A DNA stretch of 64,000 bases from Escherichia phage T4_ev151: sequence record LR597660. The stretch is one strand, 5' to 3'. Every line of letters starts with the position of its first letter. Position 1 is the stretch's first letter. Both the position numbers and the translations under genes were made by a program. Under the pieces are notes generated by a model. That model worked only from the letters and a program-made list of their open reading frames with translations. It did no database searches and was not told the DNA's origin. Of this stretch, positions 7,635-17,111 are shown in pieces.

Positions 7635-9448
7635 TGGTGTTTAACCCTATGCATGATTTCTTTGTTTTTACCGAGATTAAATCCGCGTTCGTTCGGATTT
7701 CCCAAATAACCACATGTTCTTCTTATGGTATTCATCTTTTTAGGATCAGTTTCTCCACAAATAGAACAAACAAATCCGTTTTCAGTAGGAGTCATTTCAT
7801 GGGTACTTCCACATGTAAAACATTTATCTACCGGCATGTTAACACCAAAATAATCTAAATGTTGTGCAGCATAATCCCATACGGCCTCAAGGCCTTTTAA
7901 GTTATTTTTCATATCAGGAAGTTCAACATAAGAAATGTGACCACCTGTCGCAATGAAATGATATGGCGCTTCACGAGAAATCTTTTCAAACGGAGTAATA
8001 TTTTCTTCTACTGAAACATGGAAACTGTTAGTGTACCAACCTTTATCGGTAACATCTTTTACGCTTCCATATTTTTCTGTATCTAGTTTACAGAAGCGAT
8101 AACAAAGGTTTTCAGCAGGAGTCGAATATAAACTAAAAGCAAATCCGGTTCTTTCAGTCCACTGTTTAAGATGAGCATTCATTTTAGTTAAAATTTCCTG
8201 TCCAATATCACGACCGACAAGAATATTCAATTCGTGAATACCAATGTATCCTAAAGACACTGAACTTCTGCCGTTTTTAAATAACTCAATTATATCGTCA
8301 TCAGGTTTAAGACGAACCCCGAATGCACCTTCTTGGTAAAGAATAGGAGCAACAGTCGCTTTAACTCCTTTTAAGGAACTAATTCTACACATCAAAGCTT
8401 CAAAACATAAATCCATTCGTTCATTGAACAATTCAACAAATTTCTGTTCATTGAACTGTGTTCCAATATAAGAATCTAACGCGATGCGAGGAAGATTCAG
8501 TGTTACAACACCAAGATTATTACGTCCATCAAGAATTTCATTACCAGTCGAATCTTTCCATACGCTCAAGAAACTACGGCAACCCATTGGAGAAACAGGA
8601 ACAGATGAACCAGTGATAGCTTTATTGTTCTTAGCTGAAATAATATCAGGATACATCCTTTTGCTTGCACACTCTAGAGCAAGCTGCTTAATATCATAGT
8701 TCGGATCGTCTTTGTAAAGATTAACGCCTTCTTCGACGAACATAACAAGCTTAGGAAAAATAGGAGTTATCCCATCACGACCGAGACCTTTAATACGATT
8801 TTTCAGAATTGCTTTCTGAATCATTCGTTCAGTCCAGTCAGTTCCCGTACCAAATGTAATTGTTACAAAAGGAGTTTGTCCGTTTGAACTAAAGAGAGTA
8901 TTTACTTCATATTCATAAGCTTGGAATGCATCGTATACGTCTTTTTCTGTTTTAGATTGAGCATAATTCAACGCATCGGCGATTTGCCATTTTTCTGCAT
9001 CCTCAATATGTTTTGCATAGGTGCGTTTAACATAAGGAGAAAGTACTTTATCTACATTAGCAAAAGTCGTTCCGCCATATTGGTGAGAAGCAACCTGTGC
9101 AGTAATTTGTGCCATAATTGCAGTAGCAACACCGATTGATTTAGGAGTTTCAATCTGCGCATTACCAAGCTTAAATCCGTTCTCAAGCATTCCTTTTAAA
9201 TCTACTAAACAGCAATTAGTAAATGGAAGAGCAGGGGAATAATCAATATCATGGAAATGGATAATTCCGCTTTCATGCGCTTTCATAATAAAAGACGGGA
9301 CCATATTTTTGGCAATGTGTTTAGACACAATACCAGCCATAAGGTCCCGTTGAGTTGGAAAAACACGAGAATCTTTATTAGCATTCTCGTTTAAAAGGTC
9401 TTTATTAGTTTTATGAATCAATCCTTCAATTTCTTTTTCAATTGTCAT
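7631..9448 (-). CDS. nrdD: Anaerobic ribonucleoside-triphosphate reductase (glycyl radical), uninterrupted
   Basis: 605 aa continuous ORF; C-terminal glycyl-radical motif RRTCGYLG; C-terminal Cys cluster. Confidence 0.95.
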   Translation of the reverse strand: MTIEKEIEGLIHKTNKDLLNENANKDSRVFPTQRDLMAGIVSKHIAKNMVPSFIMKAHESGIIHFHDIDYSPALPFTNCCLVDLKGMLENGFKLGNAQIETPKSIGVATAIMAQITAQVASHQYGGTTFANVDKVLSPYVKRTYAKHIEDAEKWQIADALNYAQSKTEKDVYDAFQAYEYEVNTLFSSNGQTPFVTITFGTGTDWTERMIQKAILKNRIKGLGRDGITPIFPKLVMFVEEGVNLYKDDPNYDIKQLALECASKRMYPDIISAKNNKAITGSSVPVSPMGCRSFLSVWKDSTGNEILDGRNNLGVVTLNLPRIALDSYIGTQFNEQKFVELFNERMDLCFEALMCRISSLKGVKATVAPILYQEGAFGVRLKPDDDIIELFKNGRSSVSLGYIGIHELNILVGRDIGQEILTKMNAHLKQWTERTGFAFSLYSTPAENLCYRFCKLDTEKYGSVKDVTDKGWYTNSFHVSVEENITPFEKISREAPYHFIATGGHISYVELPDMKNNLKGLEAVWDYAAQHLDYFGVNMPVDKCFTCGSTHEMTPTENGFVCSICGETDPKKMNTIRRTCGYLGNPNERGFNLGKNKEIMHRVKHQ

Positions 9449-9918
9449 TTTAAACTCTTTCTAAGCTGCTTCTTAAATGAAGCTATTAACTGTGTTTTGG
9501 TGTCAGATTCATTATATTCAAATCCTCTTTGAAGCATCTCGGCCATCATTTCCTCTTTTCCTAAACGAGAAAATTCCTTTGATTTATCTCCAACAAAGTT
9601 AGGGTGAATATTATTTTGGGTGTAATCGGATTTTAAGTAAGTAAGTAAATTTTCTAACCATTCAAGATAATCAACACCCTGTCCCTTTAAGCCAGAACGA
9701 TTAAATTTATGCTTCATTTGACCTTCTGCGGCATTGCAGAGATTACAAAGCAATCCACGTACCTTTCCTGCTTTTGGTCCATTTAATTCATGGTCATGAT
9801 CAAGGTGATTAGCTTGAACATCAGGATTTAGTTCTCGTTGGCAAATTAAGCATTTACCGTTTTGTGCATCATAAAATTTCTGTTTTTCTTCTTTATATAA
9901 TTTGCCAGTCAATAACAT
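9445..9918 (-). CDS. 49: Endonuclease VII (Holliday junction resolvase) gp49
   Basis: 157 aa, matches recalled T4 endo VII (MLLTGKLYKEEKQKFYDAQNGKCLICQREL...). Confidence 0.95.
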   Translation of the reverse strand: MLLTGKLYKEEKQKFYDAQNGKCLICQRELNPDVQANHLDHDHELNGPKAGKVRGLLCNLCNAAEGQMKHKFNRSGLKGQGVDYLEWLENLLTYLKSDYTQNNIHPNFVGDKSKEFSRLGKEEMMAEMLQRGFEYNESDTKTQLIASFKKQLRKSLK

Positions 9919-9924
9919 AATAAA

Positions 9925-9947
9925 CCCTTACCTTAAATAGATAAGGG
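9925..9947 (-). promoter_or_regulatory. Stem-loop sequestering the gene 49 ribosome-binding site
   Basis: Inverted repeat ccctta/taaggg 7 nt upstream of gene 49 ATG; the SD (UAAGGG) lies in the 3' arm. Confidence 0.45.
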
Positions 9948-9959
9948 TATTTATTATTT

Positions 9960-10445
9960 TCAAGTATTGTAAAACATTTGATTCAATCGCTTATATTGCC
10001 GAATCTTTTGGTCAGAAAAAGAAATTTGGGTTTCAAGCCATTCAATATATTCTGCCGCAGCTTGCATCAAATTTCCTTCATAGCCATCGTTATTTTCTTG
10101 TGCAGCTAATTTAGCTAATGCGTATGAAATACGTTCACCTTGAAAATCGGCTTTAGGCTTCTGAACAACTTGATTAGTTCGCTCTACAACTTCTTCAATT
10201 TCGCCATTTTCAACGGATTCAGTATTCCATAAGCACCAATACGTAATTGGCTTATCATAGATATTAATAATCTTTCCGTCGGAAAGTTCAATTTCAATAA
10301 TTCCAGTATCAGGTTCTATATCATCTTCACATTCTTTTGCAAGTTCACGAACTTTAAAGACAGTACCTGCACTAAGTTCCGGCCAGTAATTACACAGCCC
10401 TGTATCAACACGATTAATTCTAAACCACTTATCTACTGTAATCAT
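9960..10445 (-). CDS. pin: Pin-like protein (Lon protease inhibitor position)
   Basis: 161 aa from ATG 10445 (track start 10463 is TTG); GGAG SD; size and position match T4 pin. Confidence 0.55.
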   Translation of the reverse strand: MITVDKWFRINRVDTGLCNYWPELSAGTVFKVRELAKECEDDIEPDTGIIEIELSDGKIINIYDKPITYWCLWNTESVENGEIEEVVERTNQVVQKPKADFQGERISYALAKLAAQENNDGYEGNLMQAAAEYIEWLETQISFSDQKIRQYKRLNQMFYNT

Positions 10446-10485
10446 GTCCCATCTCCATATCAATTAAGTCATTTATCGTTGGTTC

Positions 10486-10515
10486 ATTATATACTGTTTC
10501 TTCATCAGTGTAAAC
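10486..10515 (-). promoter_or_regulatory. T4-type early promoter upstream of pin
   Basis: Minus strand GTTTAC, 18-nt spacer, TATATAAT. Confidence 0.5.
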
Positions 10516-10568
10516 CGGTTCTTCCGGCTCTGGCTCTACAGTTTCCCATCTAGCCGCCCACCAAGGTT

Positions 10569-10889
10569 TTATAGCGTAATCCATTCTCGTACTATCTGAG
10601 TTACTACACGTTCTCGAAGCTCAACCAGTTCAACGGTAGGAACTGCATAATACCAGTCAGAATGGTAAGAACCTGAGCGAGATTCATTTACAGCCACATG
10701 TACATTATGTTTTGGACTAAAATAAACACACTGACGATATTGGCATTTACCATCTTGCACCCAGTCTTCTATTTCGATAGGTTTAAGATAGTCGGAAAAA
10801 TCGAAATCATAGTTTTCCGAAAATGCATCATGGTCTTCGATGATTTCACTCAGAACTGCATCAACATCTAATTTATTTTCAATAGTCAT
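10569..10889 (-). CDS. Hypothetical protein (49.1 position)
   Basis: 106-aa ORF, ATG with GGTGA SD. Confidence 0.55.
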   Translation of the reverse strand: MTIENKLDVDAVLSEIIEDHDAFSENYDFDFSDYLKPIEIEDWVQDGKCQYRQCVYFSPKHNVHVAVNESRSGSYHSDWYYAVPTVELVELRERVVTQIVREWITL

Positions 10890-10900
10890 TTTTTCACCAA

Positions 10901-11071
10901 TTAATTTCGCAATTTATTAAGTTCTTCATAATCAATCCAGGATTCTAATCCTGATGGCAAATCAGATTCAATTTCCCACAGAAGTTCTTCAATTTTATGA
11001 AGACGATCTAATTCTTCAACAGGAATAGTAACCATTGATGGAGCTCTTGCTGCACTAATATCGTATATCAT
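10901..11071 (-). CDS. Hypothetical small protein
   Basis: Track ORF (GTG at 11110) trimmed to ATG 11071. Confidence 0.4.
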   Translation of the reverse strand: MIYDISAARAPSMVTIPVEELDRLHKIEELLWEIESDLPSGLESWIDYEELNKLRN

Positions 11072-11073
11072 AT

Positions 11074-11289
11074 TTACCCCAGTTTGACCATGCAATCGCC
11101 GTATTTCCACTTAGAAATAGACTTTTCACCATTAGAATAATAAACTTCGAGTTTAGCACGATTATTTTTAATTTGAATAACCTTGGCTGTCATCAAAGTT
11201 CCATACCCATAATAAACTGCAACCTCATCACCTACATATACCGCGCTTCCGCGGTAATCATGGATATAATCAGTTCCTTCGAGAATCAT
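11074..11289 (-). CDS. Hypothetical protein
   Basis: 71-aa ORF, ATG start, ATGA overlap with nrdC stop. Confidence 0.5.
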   Translation of the reverse strand: MILEGTDYIHDYRGSAVYVGDEVAVYYGYGTLMTAKVIQIKNNRAKLEVYYSNGEKSISKWKYGDCMVKLG

Positions 11290-11549
11290 TTAAAGTATTC
11301 TCGCAATTGGTCAAATCCACCAATATGACTTCCATCAGGAGCAAATACCTGAGGCATTGTTAAGCCGATTTGAGTATCACGACCTAGTTTCGTCAGAAGC
11401 TCAGCGATTTTCTCATCATCAAAAACACCTTTTTCCGGCATAATATTGATAAATTCAAACGGTTGTTTCTTAACAGTCAAAAGACGTTTTGCATTATCGC
11501 AATACACACATTTGTGGATGTTGCTATCATAACCATATACTTTAAACAT
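11286..11549 (-). CDS. nrdC: Thioredoxin NrdC
   Basis: 87 aa, CVYC active site, matches recalled T4 thioredoxin. Confidence 0.9.
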   Translation of the reverse strand: MFKVYGYDSNIHKCVYCDNAKRLLTVKKQPFEFINIMPEKGVFDDEKIAELLTKLGRDTQIGLTMPQVFAPDGSHIGGFDQLREYFK

Positions 11550-11550
11550 A

Positions 11551-11793
11551 TTATTCCTTAATTCCTAGTACTTGTTTAAAAGTCTCGTCGTAATCAAGAC
11601 TTTGGCCCGTTTGTTCTTTATGTTTGTATATAATATCACTTACTTCTGATAGCATATTTTTATATGAACGAGTTAAAGCAGATTTAAGCACGCTGTATCT
11701 ATCAGGAAATTTACCATGTTCATTATAATAAGCTATTGCTAATTCACGGACTGCCTTTTCAGCAGTCTCCATATATTCTTTACGCTTTGTCAT
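11551..11793 (-). CDS. Hypothetical protein (nrdC.1 position)
   Basis: ATG at 11793 with GAGAAGAA SD (track start is TTG). Confidence 0.5.
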
Positions 11794-12094
11794 TTTCTTC
11801 TCGGTCAAATCGGTGTTTACAATGGCGACATTTATAACGAAGAATACTAGTCTGCCAATGAATCAATTGAACCTGTTCAGTTCCACATTCAGGGCAATTA
11901 GGAACGTTTTTAGAAGCCCTTTCACGACGTTCAACCATGACCATTACAGAATCCCAATTAACAGGAGGGCTATAATCATCACAACCATAAATCTTTCCAC
12001 GCATTTCCAAATTGTCTTCTTCACCAGCCATAATAATTTTAATTAGACTAGAATTACTTGAAGCTACAATGTCTTCTAATAGACGCTTTTTCAT
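11780..12094 (-). CDS. Hypothetical zinc-ribbon protein
   Basis: 104 aa; CPECG...CRHCKH Cys pairs at C-terminus. Confidence 0.5.
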
Positions 12095-13020
12095 TTCAAT
12101 ACCTCAATAGCATTGCGTAAACCATTTGCTTTTGCATTAAGAGCTTTTAACAATTTGGTGTGTTCTGCAATTTGGGCTTCAACTTCAATCAAACGAGCAT
12201 TGAGATATTCGCGTTCTTCGCTCAAGTTATCAACCTTTTCTACTTTAGGCTCTTTTACAACTGTCTTATATGTATTAGGGTTCTTCAGTTTAATTAGAAT
12301 GCGTGAACTGTATAACATTGAACCATTATCTTCGGTTTCGTCATACATTTCCACTACGTCCATCATCTCCACCATCGTGCAGAGTTTATAAGACAACGAA
12401 CGAATAATTTTGTTGTGCTTATTAATTTCTCTAGCTGTCATGGTGCCGAGATTACGTGAGTAATAATAAGGAACCTGGATATTAATTAATACTGATGAAC
12501 CACCTGGCTTGTGTGTTACTTCATCAGCAATAACCCAATCCTTAACATGAACTGTATTTGTACGGTCATCGCCCGCGGTAAATAGTTTACGAGCATGCTT
12601 AAAAAGCATATTCACTTGGTCATTGAATTGACAAGCGAATTTATCAGCAAATTTAGTTTCGGGAATGGTAGATAACCAATCAGCCAAATGGGTCTTTTTA
12701 ACATCGTTAACAATAGTAAATTCAACCAAATCGGTTATAGATGTCGCAGTTTTAATGAATCTCGGCTTCATAAAGTTTTTAATGTTATCGCGAGCTACAG
12801 TAGAAGATAACATACGAGAACGTTTAAACCATTCAAGTAAATTGCCTAACGAATGAGAATAAGCGTTCTGAGTATCTTTACAGATATGATTTTCCTGGCC
12901 AACATACTGAAGGAAATCACGAAGAATATTATTGATTACTGCTCTGTGTCCTATCTGATAATCACGATGTTTAGTAATAAGACTGTCAAAATAATCAATA
13001 TAATGTTTACGAGTTTTCAT
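12091..13020 (-). CDS. Hypothetical protein with C-terminal coiled coil
   Basis: 309-aa ORF, ATG start; C-terminal heptad-rich region. Confidence 0.6.
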   Translation of the reverse strand: MKTRKHYIDYFDSLITKHRDYQIGHRAVINNILRDFLQYVGQENHICKDTQNAYSHSLGNLLEWFKRSRMLSSTVARDNIKNFMKPRFIKTATSITDLVEFTIVNDVKKTHLADWLSTIPETKFADKFACQFNDQVNMLFKHARKLFTAGDDRTNTVHVKDWVIADEVTHKPGGSSVLINIQVPYYYSRNLGTMTAREINKHNKIIRSLSYKLCTMVEMMDVVEMYDETEDNGSMLYSSRILIKLKNPNTYKTVVKEPKVEKVDNLSEEREYLNARLIEVEAQIAEHTKLLKALNAKANGLRNAIEVLK

Positions 13021-13074
13021 GTTCTTCTCACTTGGTTAATGGTTTATACTCCGAGCCATCCTTGGCTTTAAATT

Positions 13075-14076
13075 TTACTTAATTAACTGTAAAGCTTGTT
13101 CAAGACGATCCAGGCGATTAACAGATTCTTCCCAAATCCTTTTAGCCTGCTCATATTCTTTCTGTGCTTTATTAGAAATTTCTAGAACTTCTTTATAAGC
13201 TTTTTCTAATGCAATAACTTCTGGACGAATTTCTACCGGTTCAGGTGAATCATCAAGATTATCCATTAGTTCCTCAAGGGTAGTTTCTTCTTTAGGAGTA
13301 TTCACAATTTCATCACATTTTTGTTGGTAAATTTCTTTATCAGTCGGTGAGTACGCACACTTTACTTCACGAAGACTAACTACAATTTTATATCCTTCCC
13401 AACCGCATATATTCTTAAAAGGATAAGTATGAATATTTTCTACCGTTTCCATACAAAGTAATGCAGTCTCTAACTGACGAGTTGTATCACTAGCAATTGA
13501 GAAAAATTTATTAATGTTCTTTTGATTAGCTTCTGGTGTAAAAAATTCGTAATTCACAAAAACAGCTGCTTTATTTTTATCAAGTTCATATTCTTTTATG
13601 ATAATCATATCAGAAGCCAAAGGATGAATTTGACGATAATCGCCATAACATAATTTAGAAGCTGATTTTAGAATTTGCTTCTTGAAAAGTCTAAAATTAC
13701 TAATCCAACGACGAGTAAAAATATTCTCAGGGTCTTCTTTATTATTAAGATGATAAGAATTAACATCACCGAACCAACTGTATCCTACTACATCTTTGGT
13801 TCGTTTAATTTCTTTCCCAAAATTACTAAGAATATCTTGATTAACTAAATATGAAAGAAGACGAGACCCTTTAAAGGTTTCCTTAATATCATCTTTATCT
13901 ACACGACTAGAAATTTTATGAACTTCATGAATAAATTTGCTGGAAGAAACAATACTTGCATCAGTATTGTTGAGCCACTGATTGATAATAGAAAGAACAC
14001 TATTCTGACTAGACATAGGTTTAACTTTATCATCAATAACGCTATTGAATGATTTGATATATTCGTTACGAGTCAT
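13075..14076 (-). CDS. Hypothetical protein with C-terminal coiled coil (paralog family)
   Basis: Start moved to ATG 14076 (GAGGAG SD); track extension overlaps promoter; motif RRWISNFRLFKKQILKSASKL. Confidence 0.6.
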   Translation of the reverse strand: MTRNEYIKSFNSVIDDKVKPMSSQNSVLSIINQWLNNTDASIVSSSKFIHEVHKISSRVDKDDIKETFKGSRLLSYLVNQDILSNFGKEIKRTKDVVGYSWFGDVNSYHLNNKEDPENIFTRRWISNFRLFKKQILKSASKLCYGDYRQIHPLASDMIIIKEYELDKNKAAVFVNYEFFTPEANQKNINKFFSIASDTTRQLETALLCMETVENIHTYPFKNICGWEGYKIVVSLREVKCAYSPTDKEIYQQKCDEIVNTPKEETTLEELMDNLDDSPEPVEIRPEVIALEKAYKEVLEISNKAQKEYEQAKRIWEESVNRLDRLEQALQLIK

Positions 14077-14105
14077 ATTAATCTCCTCAGTAGAAAGTAA
14101 GAACA

Positions 14106-14134
14106 TTATACCACATCCTTGTGGCAAAGTAAAC
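14106..14134 (-). promoter_or_regulatory. T4-type early promoter
   Basis: Minus strand GTTTAC, spacer, TGGTATAATG. Confidence 0.55.
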
Positions 14135-15156
14135 TAGTTCAGTGCATTTAGTGCATTGTTCAATTTAGAACGTTGCTTCGTGAGATTTTTGACTTTTTCT
14201 TGAGCTTTTTCTAGCATCTTTTCAGCTTCTAGCACTTCATTAGTTGCTTTAACGAGTTCATCATCTACTGCCTTGATAGACTTCTCAATCGCATCCGCGT
14301 GCCATTTTTCAACAGGTTTAAGACTCGGATTTTCAGTAGGAAGAAAATTCACTTTATTGAATTTCCATGCATCTTTATTACCTGAGCTATACATCCAAAA
14401 TTTAGGATCGTTTGATGAGCAATTAGATAAATTTAAGTTATCTTGCACTTCCTGCTTTTTCTCTTGCGGGACTTCATCCTTTCTCAAAAAATCGTATTTA
14501 AATGAAACGATCATATCAAGTTCATACGTTGTTGTATGTTCCCAATTTCGCTCAAAATGAGGTAAAATCTTAGACTGAACAGCGGCAACAACATCCATAT
14601 ACTTAAATGCTTCTGTCAACTGTGATTTAAGGCATTCACAAATTGAAAGAGAATTTTTTGTATTAGGTTTAAAGCTAATTCGTGCAGTTCTATTATTTTC
14701 TTTTAATGGTCTTACTTCCATCTGAAGAGTATAACCATCAAATTTCAGGTTCTTTAAGTTAATATCAGAGCCTTTTAATCGACTAGCAGTAGACAAAATT
14801 TGCTTTAATTGTCTACGGAACAGAGCAATAAATCTCCATTCAATACGATAATGATTTGGATTGAAAAATCCAGATGATAAATCGACCTTACTTTGACCAA
14901 CGCCTTGAACAAATAGAGGATTTTTATAATCAATAGTTTTACAGAAATCGGTGAGCTGCTCACGAGCAGTCATTTGTGTAATATACCCTGCTTCATTAAA
15001 ATTACGCACCCATTCACTGCTATTCTTATACTTAAAGTGATGAATAGCATGATTAACTTTACCAAGGTCTAAATTATTTTCACACAAAAATGTCATAACA
15101 TCACGAGTATAGCTGGCATTACGAACCATATCTTCAATTTGAGAACGAGTTTTCAT
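14134..15156 (-). CDS. Hypothetical protein with C-terminal coiled coil (paralog family)
   Basis: 340 aa; motif RIEWRFIALFRRQLKQILSTASRL shared with neighbour; AAGGAA SD. Confidence 0.6.
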   Translation of the reverse strand: MKTRSQIEDMVRNASYTRDVMTFLCENNLDLGKVNHAIHHFKYKNSSEWVRNFNEAGYITQMTAREQLTDFCKTIDYKNPLFVQGVGQSKVDLSSGFFNPNHYRIEWRFIALFRRQLKQILSTASRLKGSDINLKNLKFDGYTLQMEVRPLKENNRTARISFKPNTKNSLSICECLKSQLTEAFKYMDVVAAVQSKILPHFERNWEHTTTYELDMIVSFKYDFLRKDEVPQEKKQEVQDNLNLSNCSSNDPKFWMYSSGNKDAWKFNKVNFLPTENPSLKPVEKWHADAIEKSIKAVDDELVKATNEVLEAEKMLEKAQEKVKNLTKQRSKLNNALNALN

Positions 15157-15164
15157 GGTGTTCC

Positions 15165-16052
15165 TTAAGATTTAAGTAAATCAACAATTTTAATTAACTT
15201 TTCACGCTCAGATTTAGCTTTACTACTCAGTCCAGATAGTCTGAAAATTTCATCATCATATTGTTGAATAGAAATATTCAGCTCTTCAATTTGCTTATTA
15301 AAATAATCAATTTGCTCAGAATGTTTTTCATTACTACGAACTGGTACAGGTTTTGTAGGCAATTTAGTTGAACTGGATTCATCCGGGCGATAAATTAAAA
15401 TACAACTTGAACCAATAGGGCATTTTGCACCAGATGAATATTCTAATGTTCCGGATTCTTTTAAAACTTCAAAAGCTAAACAGAGATGATGCCCCATATT
15501 AACATAATCTGTAGAGTGAGCTCTGATATAATAATCATCGCCACGAATACTAAATTTAAAGCATTTAAGGTCTTCTGTATTATTGGTCTTAAAAATCATT
15601 TGTTTATCTAGACCTTTAGCTAATCGAGCGCCTAATGCTAATAATCGTCGTTGATTTTCCCACAAATCTGCGATCATTTGGTCAAATGATAATTTCGGCA
15701 TTAGTCGACCATAAAGGTCATATCCTTTATTATAATTGCGAAGGATTTCACTCGCATTAATACGAGACAACGCTCCAATTTTATTAAGGGCTTTCATGAT
15801 GCGATTAGATAAACCCATTCCAGACCCATTTGTTCGTTGTAAATGTTTTTCTAATCCAAATCCAATATCAACTTTAAATTTATCTAAAATTTCAGCATGA
15901 ACATCTCTGTCAATAACATTCAAATCCAAAGTTGGGTTAAATCTATGAAAAAATTTATCTGGCTCTCCACGACGAAGTACAGTCCATTCATTTAATTTTT
16001 TATTAACTAAAGATTTAATTACTGCATTGACATTATTAATTACTACTGACAT
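15165..16052 (-). CDS. Hypothetical protein (possible third paralog)
   Basis: ATG at 16052 (track TTG at 16067); motif WENQRRLLALGARL. Confidence 0.55.
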   Translation of the reverse strand: MSVVINNVNAVIKSLVNKKLNEWTVLRRGEPDKFFHRFNPTLDLNVIDRDVHAEILDKFKVDIGFGLEKHLQRTNGSGMGLSNRIMKALNKIGALSRINASEILRNYNKGYDLYGRLMPKLSFDQMIADLWENQRRLLALGARLAKGLDKQMIFKTNNTEDLKCFKFSIRGDDYYIRAHSTDYVNMGHHLCLAFEVLKESGTLEYSSGAKCPIGSSCILIYRPDESSSTKLPTKPVPVRSNEKHSEQIDYFNKQIEELNISIQQYDDEIFRLSGLSSKAKSEREKLIKIVDLLKS

Positions 16053-16063
16053 ATTTTTCTCAC

Positions 16064-16468
16064 TCAATTTTCAATTTTACTAAATACACAGAATATGATG
16101 GAAAAGACTATATAAGCACCGCATACAGATTGAACTAATACCATTCCAAAGAACCAAACAATATTATCAAACAATGTCTGTTTTACGTCGAAAGGACGTA
16201 AACTTACAGTAATATTATCGCCTTTTTCTATTGATGAATACATCTCTGGTGAAATATATTCACTAAATCTATAACCGTCTTTGAGTTCATATACAGCAAT
16301 AAACGATAAACTAGACCCCTTTCCTTGAGTTCCTGTAAAGGTATTAACTACAGTAACATCATAATCTTTATAATGCATATAATCATTAATAGCATAATAA
16401 CCATATGCAATTATTATACATAAACAACATATCAATAAATTCAATCTTTTAATTATCAACTGTTTCAT
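16064..16468 (-). CDS. Membrane protein (two predicted TM helices)
   Basis: 134 aa; N- and C-terminal hydrophobic segments; ATG start. Confidence 0.55.
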   Translation of the reverse strand: MKQLIIKRLNLLICCLCIIIAYGYYAINDYMHYKDYDVTVVNTFTGTQGKGSSLSFIAVYELKDGYRFSEYISPEMYSSIEKGDNITVSLRPFDVKQTLFDNIVWFFGMVLVQSVCGAYIVFSIIFCVFSKIEN

Positions 16469-16495
16469 AATAATCTCAATTAAAAGGGCTTAGAA

Positions 16496-16520
16496 CCATT
16501 ATACCATCCTTGGTATAAAG
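16496..16520 (-). promoter_or_regulatory. Putative early promoter (extended -10)
   Basis: Minus strand TGGTATAATGG; -35 weak. Confidence 0.4.
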
Positions 16521-16523
16521 CGG

Positions 16524-17051
16524 TTATGCGAGTACCGTCTTTAACCGTTCTTCAAACTTCCGAAGAGTATTTTGGCGTTCAGCTCTTTGCTTTTTGTAAG
16601 TTTCAATACGCTCTGAAATGAGAGTGTATCGTTCATTTACTGATTCTTTCATAAAATCAGGAATTTCACGAGAAGCTTTAATCTCGTCAAATTTATCAAT
16701 AACAGCTTGCTCTTCAGCAATTAAGTTATCATACATCAAAATATCTTTCTTGATGAACTCAATATCTTCTTGAGTTACACGAGATAATTTAGATGCTTTA
16801 TCCTTTTTGTACTGTTCGTTAGTATCACGAGACCAGTGTAATGTACGATTTTTATTCGTATTTTTGTAAATTTCTACAATACCAATCTCATCGATAATAA
16901 CGATCCAATTCCAACGAGATTTGTAAATTTGTCCTCCATCAACCGTGATTTCACCTCCGATTGAGATGTCATTAAAGAACTTGCTTTGTGCTTCTGATTT
17001 AAATTTACCATCATTGTAATTTACCAGGTTGAAAATATCTTTAGCGTTCAT
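16524..17051 (-). CDS. Hypothetical protein
   Basis: ATG at 17051 with GGAGGAACAGAAA SD; track N-terminal extension translates the promoter. Confidence 0.55.
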   Translation of the reverse strand: MNAKDIFNLVNYNDGKFKSEAQSKFFNDISIGGEITVDGGQIYKSRWNWIVIIDEIGIVEIYKNTNKNRTLHWSRDTNEQYKKDKASKLSRVTQEDIEFIKKDILMYDNLIAEEQAVIDKFDEIKASREIPDFMKESVNERYTLISERIETYKKQRAERQNTLRKFEERLKTVLA

Positions 17052-17079
17052 TTTCTGTTCCTCCGTAGTTGATAGTTGT

Positions 17080-17109
17080 ATAGTACCACAGAGGAACGGT
17101 CTTGTAAAC
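17080..17109 (-). promoter_or_regulatory. T4-type early promoter with conserved leader
   Basis: Minus strand GTTTACA, 18 nt, TGGTACTAT, then conserved ACAACTATCAACTAC leader. Confidence 0.55.
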
Positions 17110-17111
17110 AA

